A DNA stretch of 64,000 nucleotides from Scyliorhinus canicula (Eukaryota), in contig NC_052154.1 in the NCBI RefSeq assembly GCF_902713615.1, positions 91,829,030 through 91,893,029 on the forward strand, given 5' to 3'. The notes beneath the pieces were generated by a model. It was given only the letters and a program-made list of their open reading frames with translations. It was not told the DNA's origin and did no database searches. Made by a program: the position numbers and the translations under genes. This document shows, piece by piece, positions 1-10,664 of the stretch. Positions within the stretch are counted from its first letter, which is position 1, and each line of letters opens with the position of its first letter.

Positions 1-1520
1 AATTACATTCTGCAGGTAGACTGCGAGGATGCTTAAGCAGCTATCCTAACTGTGGAAATAGTACCTCAGCAATCAATAGTACGCAGGAATCTTCTCTGAT
101 TTCGTTCCTTGAGGTTCCACCACCTTTTAGGGTCATAATGAGAAATTACACTTGGCAGAATTTTGGCGCCCCTAAATCGAAGAAACCAAAAACACCATAT
201 TTGGTACAAGCTCGGCTCATCAAAGACGGTAACTGATGAGTGTACAGTTAAAAAACACTAAACTTCTAACCTCAGCTTCCTCTTCAGTCATACAAGCCTT
301 AGGAATTTCCTCACGGTGGTTAAGTGGTTAAAAAACATATCTCCATATTTCACCATAATGACGAGTCTGACTACAGACTCACTGGTAGTACTTCGGGATG
401 AAACACTGGCAAATAATGATCTCGTTAAAGCTAACTATATGGCCAAAGCAATCAAAAATAACCGACTTCAAATAGTTAGAGGAGAGCTTCCAGATCCTCT
501 TGTTTCCGCAATATTTAAATATCTCACGACTATTCGCCAGTTGAAAGCACTGCAGAAATCCATTTCTCGAGTCATGTTACTCAGAGTGAGCGAAATTGAA
601 CAGCATAAACCTGACAGAGTTGATACTCTGTGGTGGTTCAAATACAGAGTATGGAGAATTTCTTTAATAGTGTCCGTGTCAAGTATGCAACCGGACAAAA
701 GTTATTTTCGAATTTGTAACTGTGTCCAACTCGGACAAATTGCTTCCAGAGGAAATTTTAAATCACATGTATGAGTTCACACTCCATACACTTTAATTGA
801 CCAGGCTGGATTTAATAGAACTTCCTTGCAGCGATTAGAATATTTTTCCGCTGACATGTGTATACGGACAACCCTGTGCCTATGCTTTGATTGGCAAAAA
901 CACCATGATTGTAAGAATACATCATGTTCAGTGATTGCAAGCCCTATCTTTGAAAAACTATCTAGAATTCACATTATGGGCAATGGATCAGTAGCGATCC
1001 TTACCTCTGAGTATTGTGATGATTGTCAACTTGCTCCAAGAACATGGATGTTGATGCCGCATGAAAATGTAACTTGCCGTGGCTGTGGCCTTAAAAAAAG
1101 ACCACGTACACGCAGCAGCAGTCTCCATATCCGCAGAAAATCACTTCCCATCCACCATTAGGATTTGTCTATTGACCGCTCTCAGCGCACATATGTATCA
1201 TACTCACCTCATGGTCACTTACACTAACTATGACGTAACTGAGCATATTAGGCATGCCAAACATTCATTATCACAAGTTCAGATTTTCGATCCTGTCCAT
1301 GCCCCAGACTGGATGCGTGCCCTTGGTTTGGCTGCGGAACATGTTTTTCCCAAAATGGGTTCCACCTTTCAAGGAATTACTCACCCTGCTAGTGGTGTTA
1401 TTTCCTATTTTTCAAGGTTCTATGGATCCTTTAGTAAAGTTCTACATTATGCACTGCCTATCGGTGGCACAATTTGTTTGGTTTTACACATTTCCTGTCT
1501 CCGCAGATGGATCCTCACCA
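1..1520 (+). pseudogene. env: env (3' end of SU plus TM) of an endogenous foamy-like (spumaretrovirus-related) virus; frameshifts at ~315 and ~1090-1200, stop at 772-774
   Basis: Joined frames give colinear matches to foamy virus TM as I recall it: SLVVLRDE ~ GIYLLRDH; VQLGQIASRGNFKSHV*VHTPYTLID ~ VNIGHLVKSAGQLTHVTIAHPYEIIN; RIHIMGNGSVAILTSEYCDDCQLAP ~ QVNPLKNGSYLVLASSTDCQIPP; VTEHIRHAKHSLSQVQIFDPVHAPDWMRALGLAAEHVFP ~ IKEQIERAKAELLRLDIHEGDTPAWIQQLAAATKDVWP; then a hydrophobic anchor (YALPIGGTICLVLHISCLRRWI). N-glycosylation sequons NST, NST, NYT in the first 160 nt. Confidence 0.85.
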
Positions 1521-1627
1521 TGTTCACAGTCTTTACAGTCCACCTTAAGGATTGGGCCGACCACATGCAATTCCTTATTGATCCTAGAACTAGCAGTGAT
1601 CATCAATGGGAATTTTTTTTTGCGTAA

Positions 1628-1790
1628 TTGGTTAGACAGCTGGTTTGTAATACAGAACAAGGCCAGCAGCACAGGTTGCAATTCCCGTACCAGCTTACCC
1701 GAAGAGGCGCCAGCTTGTGGTGACTAGGGACTTTTCACAGTACCTTCATACTTGTGCCAATGGAAGATTATTATTATCATTATTAATAAT
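1628..1790 (+). mobile_element. short tRNA-derived SINE (called family B here), inserted in the ERV
   Basis: tggttagacagctgg...ggttgcaattcccgtaccagc...cttttcacagta, (tta)n tail; same family as 2320, 18498, 38989, 56455. Confidence 0.8.
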
Positions 1791-2319
1791 TTCCTTCTGC
1801 ACATGAGGATATGTGTACGAAATATCAATCAACTGACTCTTCCAACCCGGAAATCCTTCCGTGTTTTGATTTTCGTATAGCCCCAAGAGCTTATGGCCTT
1901 TTCCAAATGATGACTCATCAACGTATTGATAGAAATCCCTATAGAATTATTAACTTTCATGAAGAAGGATACCTCTGCGCCTCTATGGCAATTGTAGTGC
2001 GTCCTCGTTGTACTCAACAAGGTCACTTACATTCTACTTTTACTGCACCCAGGAGGTATGACACTCCTTTACATACATGAGGATTATGTCATCAGCCGTC
2101 TGCTGCCATGATACAATCCCCAACGGGACTGAAATATTGTCACGGTTATCTTCGACCAGATCTAAGTTCGTGCAGATACGCTTCCTGCGACCACATCAGT
2201 TGGCATCTGCTGTAGTCCCCGCCTTTTCTGATCAATTCATGCTTCATCGTCTTTTTGGTCCTTTCCCGCCACGAACACGTATTGTTATCACTCCTTCCGG
2301 CTTTAATGATAAGAATCAA

Positions 2320-2497
2320 TGAAATGAAAAAATGAAAATCCCTTATTGTCACGAGTAGGCTTCAATGAAGTTACTGTGAAAATCCCCTAGTCACCACATT
2401 CCGGCGCCTGTCCGGGGAGGCTGGTACGGGAATCGAACCGCGCTGCTGGCCTGTTTTAAAAGCCAGCGGTTTAGCCTGGTGAGCTAAACCAGCCCCT
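2320..2497 (-). mobile_element. short tRNA-derived SINE family B
   Basis: Reverse complement of gggctggtttagctcaccaggctaaaccgctgg...ggttcgattcccgtaccagcc...gtgacaataag, tail (tttca)n. Confidence 0.85.
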
Positions 2498-2964
2498 GAT
2501 TTATGGCCTCATACTAGGACCATTTCTGACATCATCATTAAATTCCTTACTCCCTTACCTGGAGATGAGGTCGGATGTGGAAAGTGAGCCAGCCGCCGCC
2601 GGTTCATCTTCTCCATGGGTGTCTGTATTGCTTCACAGCCAGGCAGATGATCTCACAATAGTTGAACGTCATATCAAGGATTGGCGAGACCTGAACGAAG
2701 TACCTTCAGATTTCACACCTCTTCCGTACAAATACGCCATAGTGATCATCAATGATATTGAAATTCCCGCCCTTTATAGAGGGGGATCTGACACCAATGC
2801 CGTAACAACCCTAACTCCATTTGTCACGGATCTTACAGATTATGAAACTGCAACCCTCACTTTACTTATCGAATACCTCGCTGAATCTGAAGTTGATATA
2901 AACCCCGAGAATTTTACAATCGATTCCATCATCAAACGTCTCCTGGAAATTGACAACTAATTAT

Positions 2965-4430
2965 AATGATCCTATTACTTATACATAGACATATCTTGAA
3001 TTAAGTATTGATATCTGAACTGATGCGAGAACCTGTATAACGTCCTCTCCCTGTGTGCGTGGTTTTCCTCCGGGTGCTCCGGTTTCCTCCCACAGTCCAA
3101 AGATGTGCGGGTTAGGTGGATTGGCCATGCTAAATTGCCCGTAGTGTCCTAATAAAAGTAAGGTTAAGGGGGGGGGGGGTTGTTGGGTTACGGGTATATG
3201 GTGGGTACGTGAGTCTGAGTAGGGTGATCATGGCTCGGCACAACATTGAGGGCCGAAGGGCCTGTTCTGTGCTGTACTGTTCTATGTTCTATGTTCTATG
3301 TTCATTATCTTCATGTGATGAAACAGTTTATCCCAACTTCATCGGAAAGATGGAGAACGCTTTGTTCCTGTGTCGACCAAGCTGATCGACAAATGGAGTG
3401 TTTAGAAGCAATCAGAACTATTTTTATTCTAACATCATCCAACTATCGAGAAGCCCAAGATTATTGGAACCAACAGTACTTGTCGACGATCTGTTCCCAT
3501 TATCAATGAGGAATCAGGAACAGTTGTTATCCCTATTGTTCGTTTAATTAATGGAAACCCAGAAATCTCAACCCTTTCTCCAGAGATTGAGATAATTTAT
3601 TACCAGTATCTCGAATATGGGTTTTTTGAACAAAAACTTTGAATTATATTTTGGGAAAATGATAGAGAAAGATTTGTCCTCGTGTATGGAGGAATGACTG
3701 CATTACAATGGTACGAAGCCTTAAAAACTGAACCAAGAACAGGTTACTTTGAGACACTTACCATTCAAGCCTCAGGGTACAAGTATGAAAATAATATGTT
3801 AAGTGATGATCAAGGCACTCTTCACTTTCTTGCTGTTATTTGTAATCATACTGAACATCATCTTGGGAAGACCAAATGTTTAATTTGTCACCAAGAGAAT
3901 GGCCGGGGGGGAAATAAAGCCATGCCTGCATTGCATGTTGAAAGTCAGAAATGATAAGTGCGACATAGAATGTTCTTACAGAGATTTGTACTTTCCTGCC
4001 ATTCCCCGAAAACAGGATCAGGTAAATCCTTGGATTCCTCTGAGTACCATATGGAACTCGGACAATCTGGCCACCCTATGGAAATTGGTAGTGGATAATC
4101 ACCAAGTACAACCAGAAAAACTGGAACTTGTTTCAAGGCCGAATATCGAGCAGAGCTCCAAGACAAATCTCTCCAACAACCTAAACAAGCATATGCTAAA
4201 AACAATTACACCTCAGAATCAACACAATGTACTCAGGATGAGACTCATGAACTGATTTTCCAATAAAGAAAACAATTTTATTCTATCTCCCCTTTCCAAA
4301 TAAGATACCCTATGCACCTCAAAGGGAAGTACAGACCAAATATATTCAACCTCGGTATCCCAATTATTCGACATTGGAATACCTGTGATTTGGCGAGTTA
4401 ACACTTTCCGACAAGCTCACATCAGAGAAT
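2965..4430 (+). pseudogene. ERV accessory ORF2 (unknown family, Cys/His-rich centre), interrupted by an HE1 SINE and several frameshifts/stops
   Basis: Joinable frames: ...IINEESGTVVIPIVRLINGNPEIST...L*IIFWENDRERFVLVYGGMTALQWYEALKTEPRTGYF...VICNHTEHHLGKTKCLICHQENG / GGEIKPCLHCMLKVRNDKCDIECSYRDLYFPAIP...RMRLMN. Protein-like composition, same strand as env. Confidence 0.5.
3041..3300 (+). mobile_element. HE1-type V-SINE, 5'-truncated
   Basis: V-domain core gtgtgcgtggttttcctccgggtgctccggtttcctcccacagtccaaagatgtgc and CR1-like tail gggccgaagggcctgttctgtgctgtactgttctatgttct. Confidence 0.9.
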
Positions 4431-4490
4431 AAGGAAAGTATAAAAGCAACTAGAAAACTAGATTGTGGATGTGAATACATGAGAATGAAC

Positions 4491-5310
4491 AACATAAGAA
4501 CATAAGAACTAAGAACAGGAGTAGGCCATATGGCCGCTCGAGCCTGCTCTGCCATTGAATGAGATCATGGCTGATCTTGTGTGGACTCAGCTCCACTTTC
4601 CGGCCCGAACACCAGAACCCTCAATCCCTTTATTCTTCAAACAACTATTTATCTTTATCTTAAAAACATTCAATGAAGGAGCCTCCACTGCTTCACTGTG
4701 CAAGGAATTCCGTAGATTCACAACCCTTTGGGTGAAGAAGTTCCTCCTAAACTCAGTCCTAAATCTACTTCCCCTTATTTGGAGGTTCTGCTTTCACCCG
4801 CCAGTGGAAACAACCTGCCTGCATCTATCATATCTATTCCCTTCATAATTTTATATGTTTCTATGCGATCCCCCTTCATCCTTCTAAATTCCAACATGTA
4901 CAGTCCCAGTCTACTCAACCTCTCCTTGTAATCCAACACCTTCAGATCTGGGATTAACCTCGTGAATCTCCTCTGCACACCCTCCGGTGCCAGTACGTCC
5001 TTTCTCAAGTAACGAGACCAAAACTGAACGCAATACTCCAGGTGTGGCCTCACTAACACCTTATACAATTGCAGCATAACCGCCCTCGTCTTAAACTCCA
5101 TCTCTCTAGCAATGAAGGACAAAATTCCATTTGCTTTCTTAATCACCTGTTGCACCTATAATCCAAATTTTTGCGATTTATGCACTAGGACACCCAAGTC
5201 TCTCTGCACAGCAGCATGCTTTAATATTTTATCATTTAAATAATAATTCCGTTTGCTGTTATTCCCACCAAAATGGATAACCTCACATTTTTCAACATTG
5301 TATTCCATCT
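4491..5310 (-). mobile_element. CR1 LINE 3' fragment inserted in the ERV accessory region
   Basis: ORF2 C-terminal motifs (KCEVIHFG, RPHLEYCVQFWS, VQRRFTRLIP) on the minus strand; (acataaga)n tail at 4492. Confidence 0.9.
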
Positions 5311-6005
5311 CATGATTGAAGTCAATCTCATCAACACCTCCCACAGACAATCCAAAAAGGGAACACATTTATGATGAAAAAAAGTACAAAATTGATTCCA
5401 CTTCTCTACGTCAACAAAAAGATAAAGAATCCCAGGGAGTTTGTGGTACACTCCTGTGACTTACAGGTGCAAGACTCCTGAGCTTCCTTCCCATAAGAAA
5501 CAAGAAAAATGACTCAAATCAAGTAGAGTAAACTTTAATGATCGAGAGAAGTTTGAAATAATTTGTAATTATCTGATGAACTTGATGTAAAAAGAAATTG
5601 ACCAAACCTAAAAAGAAATTGAGACTGAACTAAATCCTGAAAAAAGAAAACCATTAGGAACTTTAAAAACAGCTCTTCAACAAGGGTTAGGCCTCATGCA
5701 AAATGCCCTCGCCGCCGCTATTGCAGCGAGAGACAGAACAAAAACATACATTGATTAGAACTATAGAAGTAAAATTTCTGCAATGGGCAGGGAAGCCAAT
5801 GTTACCATCATTCCTACAGAAAATGGAAACACTACCCCTTTTAGACCAACAACGTTTGAAGGATCGGATCCATGGAATCCTCAATGAATGTGGGGATGTC
5901 CTTGGAAGCGATCATCTTCCCTTAAAGAATGTGACTGGGAATGAGTTACAAGATAGTCTGCCAAGCAAATGCACATTATAATGTTCCTTCCGACTAAAGC
6001 TTTTC
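5311..6005 (+). pseudogene. ERV accessory ORF3 remnant (coiled-coil-like), multiple stops; may begin just before the CR1 at ~4430
   Basis: One frame reads EIDQT*KEIETELNPEKRKPLGTLKTALQQGLGLMQNALAAAIAARDRTKTYID*NYRSKISAMGREANVTIIPTENGNTTPFRPTTFEGSDPWNPQ*MWGCPWKR. Confidence 0.4.
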
Positions 6006-6109
6006 CTTAGGTAGGGAAGGAAGAAGTCAATAATTGTGCAAATGAAAGGACAGATTTGAGTAAGAGCAACTCAGTGATTAATAAGAATTTAGGTTTATCA
6101 AGAGGGGGA

Positions 6110-7326
6110 TGCAATGCATATCACGTTTGCCGCAAAATTTGGTTTGAAATAAGGCAACAGAAATTAATACAATCTGCATTTTTATTCTATGTGGAATAAA
6201 ATCACTTCAGCTAAAGGTCATGTAGAGTTTACCACCTGCTGGGAGAAACACCGAGCTCGTTTCAAAGGATTATTAATGCAAACAAATACAGGATAGGAAA
6301 GACCTTCTTTCACACAGCATAAATTCTTTGGGACCACTCCCCTGCACTTATAATTATTCAAACCACGAGGACAGCAAATTCTTCAGATAAATAATACACA
6401 AATCCTTCCTTAACTATATAACTCTTGACTGTTTCACAATCTATATATCTAAGAAACATGGCAACATTGAAAAGAGACAGATCTCTATAGGAGTCCCTCT
6501 TTGCTAATATATCTTAAGACACCTGACATTCTCGCAGACACTAAGATCATTAAAACATATCTTGATGATAATACATCAAATTAGCCATTTGGCTATAGGC
6601 AATTAACCAACAATGAATGATAAGATAACAGAAGCAGTCCTTGACCGATTAGAAGATGTTATGTATAAAAAGAGGGGCACTTTGGCAGAGAGGTACCTTC
6701 GCACTCTCCTGCAGGAGTATGGGTCAAAGCTCTGTTCTTCAAGTTTGCCTCGTCAAACAAAGACATCATGGTTTTGTAAGTATGGTTCTGTTAAACTTCG
6801 GAGAAATGTATTAGAAATTGATAAGAGATACTTGAGGATTTTCCATGTTTTAGATATCACATTCTCTTAAGAGAAGCTAATGTGTGAACAGAGAGCAAAG
6901 GACTGTTAACGGGTTTTATATTATTAACAGATAATTAACGACTGTTAATAAATTTATATTATTAACTCTGGAATTCTGTATGTATCTATTGGGAGTATTT
7001 TACAATAAAATTACTTTGATTAAAATTATATCGTGTAGACTTACTCTCAAAGTTTCAAATCCTAGACACTCATTGAGGAAGTCTTAAATCACTAGGTCCC
7101 ACGACGACAGAGGTAACGATTAGGTTATGAGTGACGTATCTGAACTTTTTCCATAACAAGTAACTAAGATCCTGTTTAGCTGTCTGAGACCCGGAAAAGC
7201 ATTCTCCCTTTGTGAGATCTATTTTGAGTCTGAGTAGAGAAACAGATTTCTCTCTTGGTGGGTTAACCTAGAGCATAGGAAATTAATAAAGTATTAACAG
7301 ATTCGGAATAACCTAAATCCGTCACA
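6110..7326 (+). mobile_element. probable 3' LTR of the foamy-like ERV (5' boundary uncertain: 6110 or 6881; 3' end 7326 or 7348)
   Basis: Purine tract AAGAGGGGGA (6100-6109) followed by TG; TATAAAA 6664-6670; donor-like GTAAGT 6776-6781; AATAAA 7004-7009; end AAATCCGTCACA (7326) resembles the foamy U5 terminus; unrelated CR1 begins ~7377. The 5' LTR is outside the window, so the boundaries cannot be confirmed. Confidence 0.5.
6613..6870 (+). CDS. open 85-aa ORF at the 3' end of the ERV (possible accessory ORF4 C-terminus, or chance ORF in the LTR)
   Basis: MNDKITEAVLDRLEDVMYKKRGTLAERYLRTLLQEYG...; preceded by protein-like broken frames from ~6215 (KGHVEFTTCWEKHRARFKGLL...). Confidence 0.25.
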   Translation: MNDKITEAVLDRLEDVMYKKRGTLAERYLRTLLQEYGSKLCSSSLPRQTKTSWFCKYGSVKLRRNVLEIDKRYLRIFHVLDITFS

Positions 7327-7376
7327 ATATCATTTGTCTTCCTTGACAGCGGCTGTACGTGCATGCTTACCTTCAC

Positions 7377-8420
7377 TCACTGGTGTACGAGAATATCCAG
7401 GTCTCGTTGCACATTTGCTATAGATTCTTTGAAAATGGAATCTAGAATTTTCCAAACTACCGACGTCAAGGCTACTGGTCTATTTTCACCTGTTTTCTCC
7501 CCCCCACCCCCATTTTGAAATAGTGGTGTCGCATTAGCTACTTTCCAATCTGCAGGAAATGTTCTGGAGTCTAGAAAATCCAAGGAGGTGACCACCAATG
7601 CATCCAATACTTATGTATCCACTCCATAAGTATTATGTCATGCAGATTATAAGTCCCTGGGGATTCATCAGCTTCCAATTCCGTCAATTTCTCCAACACC
7701 ATTGCTCTACTAATATGGATCTCCTTCAGTTCCTCGCTCTCACTAATCCCTGGTTCCCCAACATTTTGGTTATCTGATTTGTGTCCTCATTTGTGACGAC
7801 GGAGCCACACAATTTATAATGTTGCTCAACCATTTCTTGGTCCCCTATAATACATGCCTCTGTGTATGGTTGTAAGGGTCTTCACTAATTTGTTTTTTAT
7901 TCAAGTACCTATAGAAACTTATAGTCATTTTGTATGCACTGCACGTGCTTACTCTTCCAATTTGTTCTTCTCATCTTAATCAATCCCTTGGTCCTTCTTT
8001 GCTGAATTCTAAACTGCTCCTAATACTCATACCTGTGTTCTTCTTAGCCAATTTGTATGTTTCTTCCTTTGGTCGAATACTATCTATAATTTGCCTCGTA
8101 AGCCTTGGATTTCCCAGCTTTCCCGTTTTACATTTGAGCCAGACAGGAATAAACAACGGTTGCTGTTCCCCAATGCACTCCTTCAATGTTTGCCATTGTC
8201 TATCCACTGTCATCCCGTTAAGGTTAAGCCATGTTCCCCCATATCGAGCAAAGCCTACTCACACCTCACATAATCGTAGTTTCCTTTATTGAGTTTCTCC
8301 ATCTTGATGCAAAAGTCCATCGTTTTATCGTTTGCGACTCCTCAGATAATGAACGAGTCCATATCCAAATGCAGCAAGACCTGGACAATATCCAGGCTTA
8401 GGTTGATAAGTGTCAAATTT
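7377..8420 (-). mobile_element. degraded CR1 LINE fragments
   Basis: FPADWKVANATPLF...NRPVALTSVVWKILDSI; QRDLDILVHQ; KTGKLGNPRLTRQIIDSIRPKEETYKLAK. Confidence 0.75.
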
Positions 8421-8434
8421 CATTCGCACCACAC

Positions 8435-8650
8435 TAGTGTTCCCTTGGGTTTCCTTCGGGTGCTACGGTTTCTTCCTACAAGTCCCGGAAGACGTGCTAT
8501 TCGGTAAATTGGACATTCATTTCCATAAATTGGAAATTCTTCCTCTGTGTGCCTGGACAGGTACTGTAGCGTAGCGACGAGAGGATTGTCACAGTAACTA
8601 AATTGCAGTGTTAATGTAAGCCTACGTGTGACACTAATAAGGATTATAAA
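8435..8650 (+). mobile_element. V-SINE variant with family-B-like 3' end, 5'-truncated
   Basis: gggtttccttcgggtgctacggtttcttcctacaagtccc core and tail cacagtaactaaattgcagtgttaatgtaagcctacgtgtgacactaataa. Confidence 0.65.
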
Positions 8651-8689
8651 ATATTCTTGATACAAAGAGTCAGGTAATAATCATCTCCT

Positions 8690-9170
8690 ACAAGAGAGGG
8701 TCTCACCACGTGCCCTAGATATTCAATTGCATTGCCATTACTTAATCCATCATAAGTAATACCCTGCGAGTTGCCATTGGTCAGCCATTCACAGTGGCTA
8801 CCGGAGCAGGTCACATTCTAGAAATTCGACAGGAAGTAACTCACCTCCTGATCCCCGAAACCTGTGCCTAATCTACAAGGCACAGGTTTGGTGTGTATTG
8901 GAATACTCTCCACCTGCCTGGATGAGTGCAGCTCCAACAACACCCACGAAGCTCGACACCATCCATGACAAAGCAGCTCACTTGATTTCTATCCCTTCCA
9001 CGAACATTCAATACTCCACCACTGATGAACAGTGAGAGCGGTGTGCATTATCTACAAGATGTATTGCAGTAGCTTGCTGATATTCCTGAGGCAGCAGTGT
9101 GATAGCCCACGACCACTGACAAGGACAAGCGCAGCAGATACCTGTGAACACCACAACTTGGAGGTTCCCT
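8690..9170 (+). mobile_element. 3' end of a second LINE family (CR1/L2-clade)
   Basis: IYKAQVWCVLEYSPPAWMSAAPTTPTKLDTIHDKAAHLI RT C-terminus and the typical 3' UTR (ggacaagcgcagcagatacctgtgaacaccac). Confidence 0.7.
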
Positions 9171-9172
9171 GA

Positions 9173-10381
9173 CAAAGATAGATGGATTGGAGAGTTGGGC
9201 AGAGAAATGGCAGATGGAGTTCAATCCAGGCAAATGCAAAGTGATGCATTTTGGAAGATCTAACTCAAGAGCAGACTATATGGCCAATTGAAGAATCCTG
9301 GGGAAAATTGATGTACAGAGAGATCTGGGAGTTCAGGTCCATTGTACTCTGAAGGTGGCAACGCAGTTTGATAGAGTGGTCAAGAAGGCATACAGCATGC
9401 TTGCCTTCATCGGACGGGGTATTGAGTACAAGAGTCGGTAGGTCATGTTACAGTTGTATCGGACTTTGGTTAGGCTACATTTGGAATACTGCATGCAGTT
9501 CTGGTCGCAACATTACCAGAAGGATGTGGATGCTTTAGAGAGGGTGCAGAGGAGGTTCACCAGGATGTTGCCTGGTATGGAGGATGCTAGTTATGAAGAA
9601 AGGTTGAGAAGATTAGGATTGTTTTCATTGGAAAGACGGTGGTAGAGGGGAGACCTGATTGAGGTCTACAAAATTATGAGAGGTATGGACAGAGTGGATA
9701 GCAACAAGCTTTTTCCAAGTGAGGAGGTGTCAATTACAAGGGGTCGTGATTTCAAGGTGAGAGGGGAAACGTTTAAGGGAGATAGAACATAGAACACAGA
9801 ACAGTACAGCACTGAACAGGCCCTTCGGCCCTCAATGTTGTGCCGAGTCATGATCAGCCTACTCAAACCCACATATCCACCCTATACCCGTAACCCAACA
9901 ACCCCCCCCTTAACCTTACTTTTATTAGGACACTACGGGCAATTTAGCATGGCCAATCCACCTAACCCGCACATCTTTGGACTGTGGGAGGAAACCGGAG
10001 CACCTGGAGGAAACCCACGCACACAGGGGGAGGACGTGCAGACTCCACACAGACAGTGATCCAGCATGGAATCGAACCTGGGACCCTGGAGCTGTGTAGC
10101 ATTTATGCTAACCACCATGCTACCCTGCTGCCCCAGAGATGTGCGTGGAAAGTTTTTTACGTAGAGGGTGGTGGGTGCCTGGAATGCTTTACCAGCGGAG
10201 GTGGTAGAGGCGGGTACAGTAGCATCATTTAAGATGCATCTGGACAGATATATGAACGGGTGGGGAATAGAGAGAAGTAGACCTTGGAAAATAGGCAACA
10301 GGTTTAGATAAAGGATCTGGATCGGCACAGGCTGGGAGGGACGAAGGGCCTGTTCCTGTGCTGTAATTTTCTTTGTTCTTT
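9173..10381 (+). mobile_element. CR1 LINE 3' part with nested HE1 SINE
   Basis: MEFNPGKCKVMHFG...LQLYRTLVRLHLEYCMQFWS...VQRRFTRMLPG; 3' UTR with gggacgaagggcctgttcctgtgctgt and tail. Confidence 0.9.
9783..10134 (-). mobile_element. HE1-type V-SINE nested in CR1
   Basis: Full SINE reverse complement, flanked by gagat-like duplication (gggagat / agagat). Confidence 0.9.
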
Positions 10382-10664
10382 GTCCTAAACCACTCAGCAT
10401 CATGCTTGTTCTTTCACTGGTGCTGGGTAAAATTCCTGGAACTGCCTCCCCAGCAGAATGTGGATGTACCTATGCATCTGTTATTACAGCGGTTCAAGAA
10501 GGCAGCTCACCACCACCTTCTGAAGGGCAACGGGGGATAGCCAGTATGTGCTGTCTTCATTCAATGATGTTAAAAGAAAATTAAATCACTTGACTAATTG
10601 TAAACTATATTTCCAACAGGTGCAGTGCGACGATTTAACGTCCAATTGTTAAGTTCCCTTTGAG

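Larger units (their letters stand above)
1516..2960 (+). pseudogene. ERV accessory ORF1 (unknown family), interrupted by two SINEs and a frameshift near 2080
   Basis: Removing SINEs 1628-1790 and 2320-2497 joins ...DHQWEF/FPSAHEDMCTKYQ... and ...PSGFNDKNQ/LIYGLILGPFLTSS...EIDN*. About 370 codons, same strand as env, directly downstream of it. Confidence 0.55.

Noticed and set aside
2050-3710. GGMT occurs in an alternative frame of accessory ORF1 (~2053) and in ORF2 (~3688), hinting at paralogy
   Set aside because: Four residues only; the flanking sequences do not align.
3880-3900. KCLICHQ resembles the CIFCD motif of foamy Tas
   Set aside because: A lone CxxC is not enough evidence of homology.
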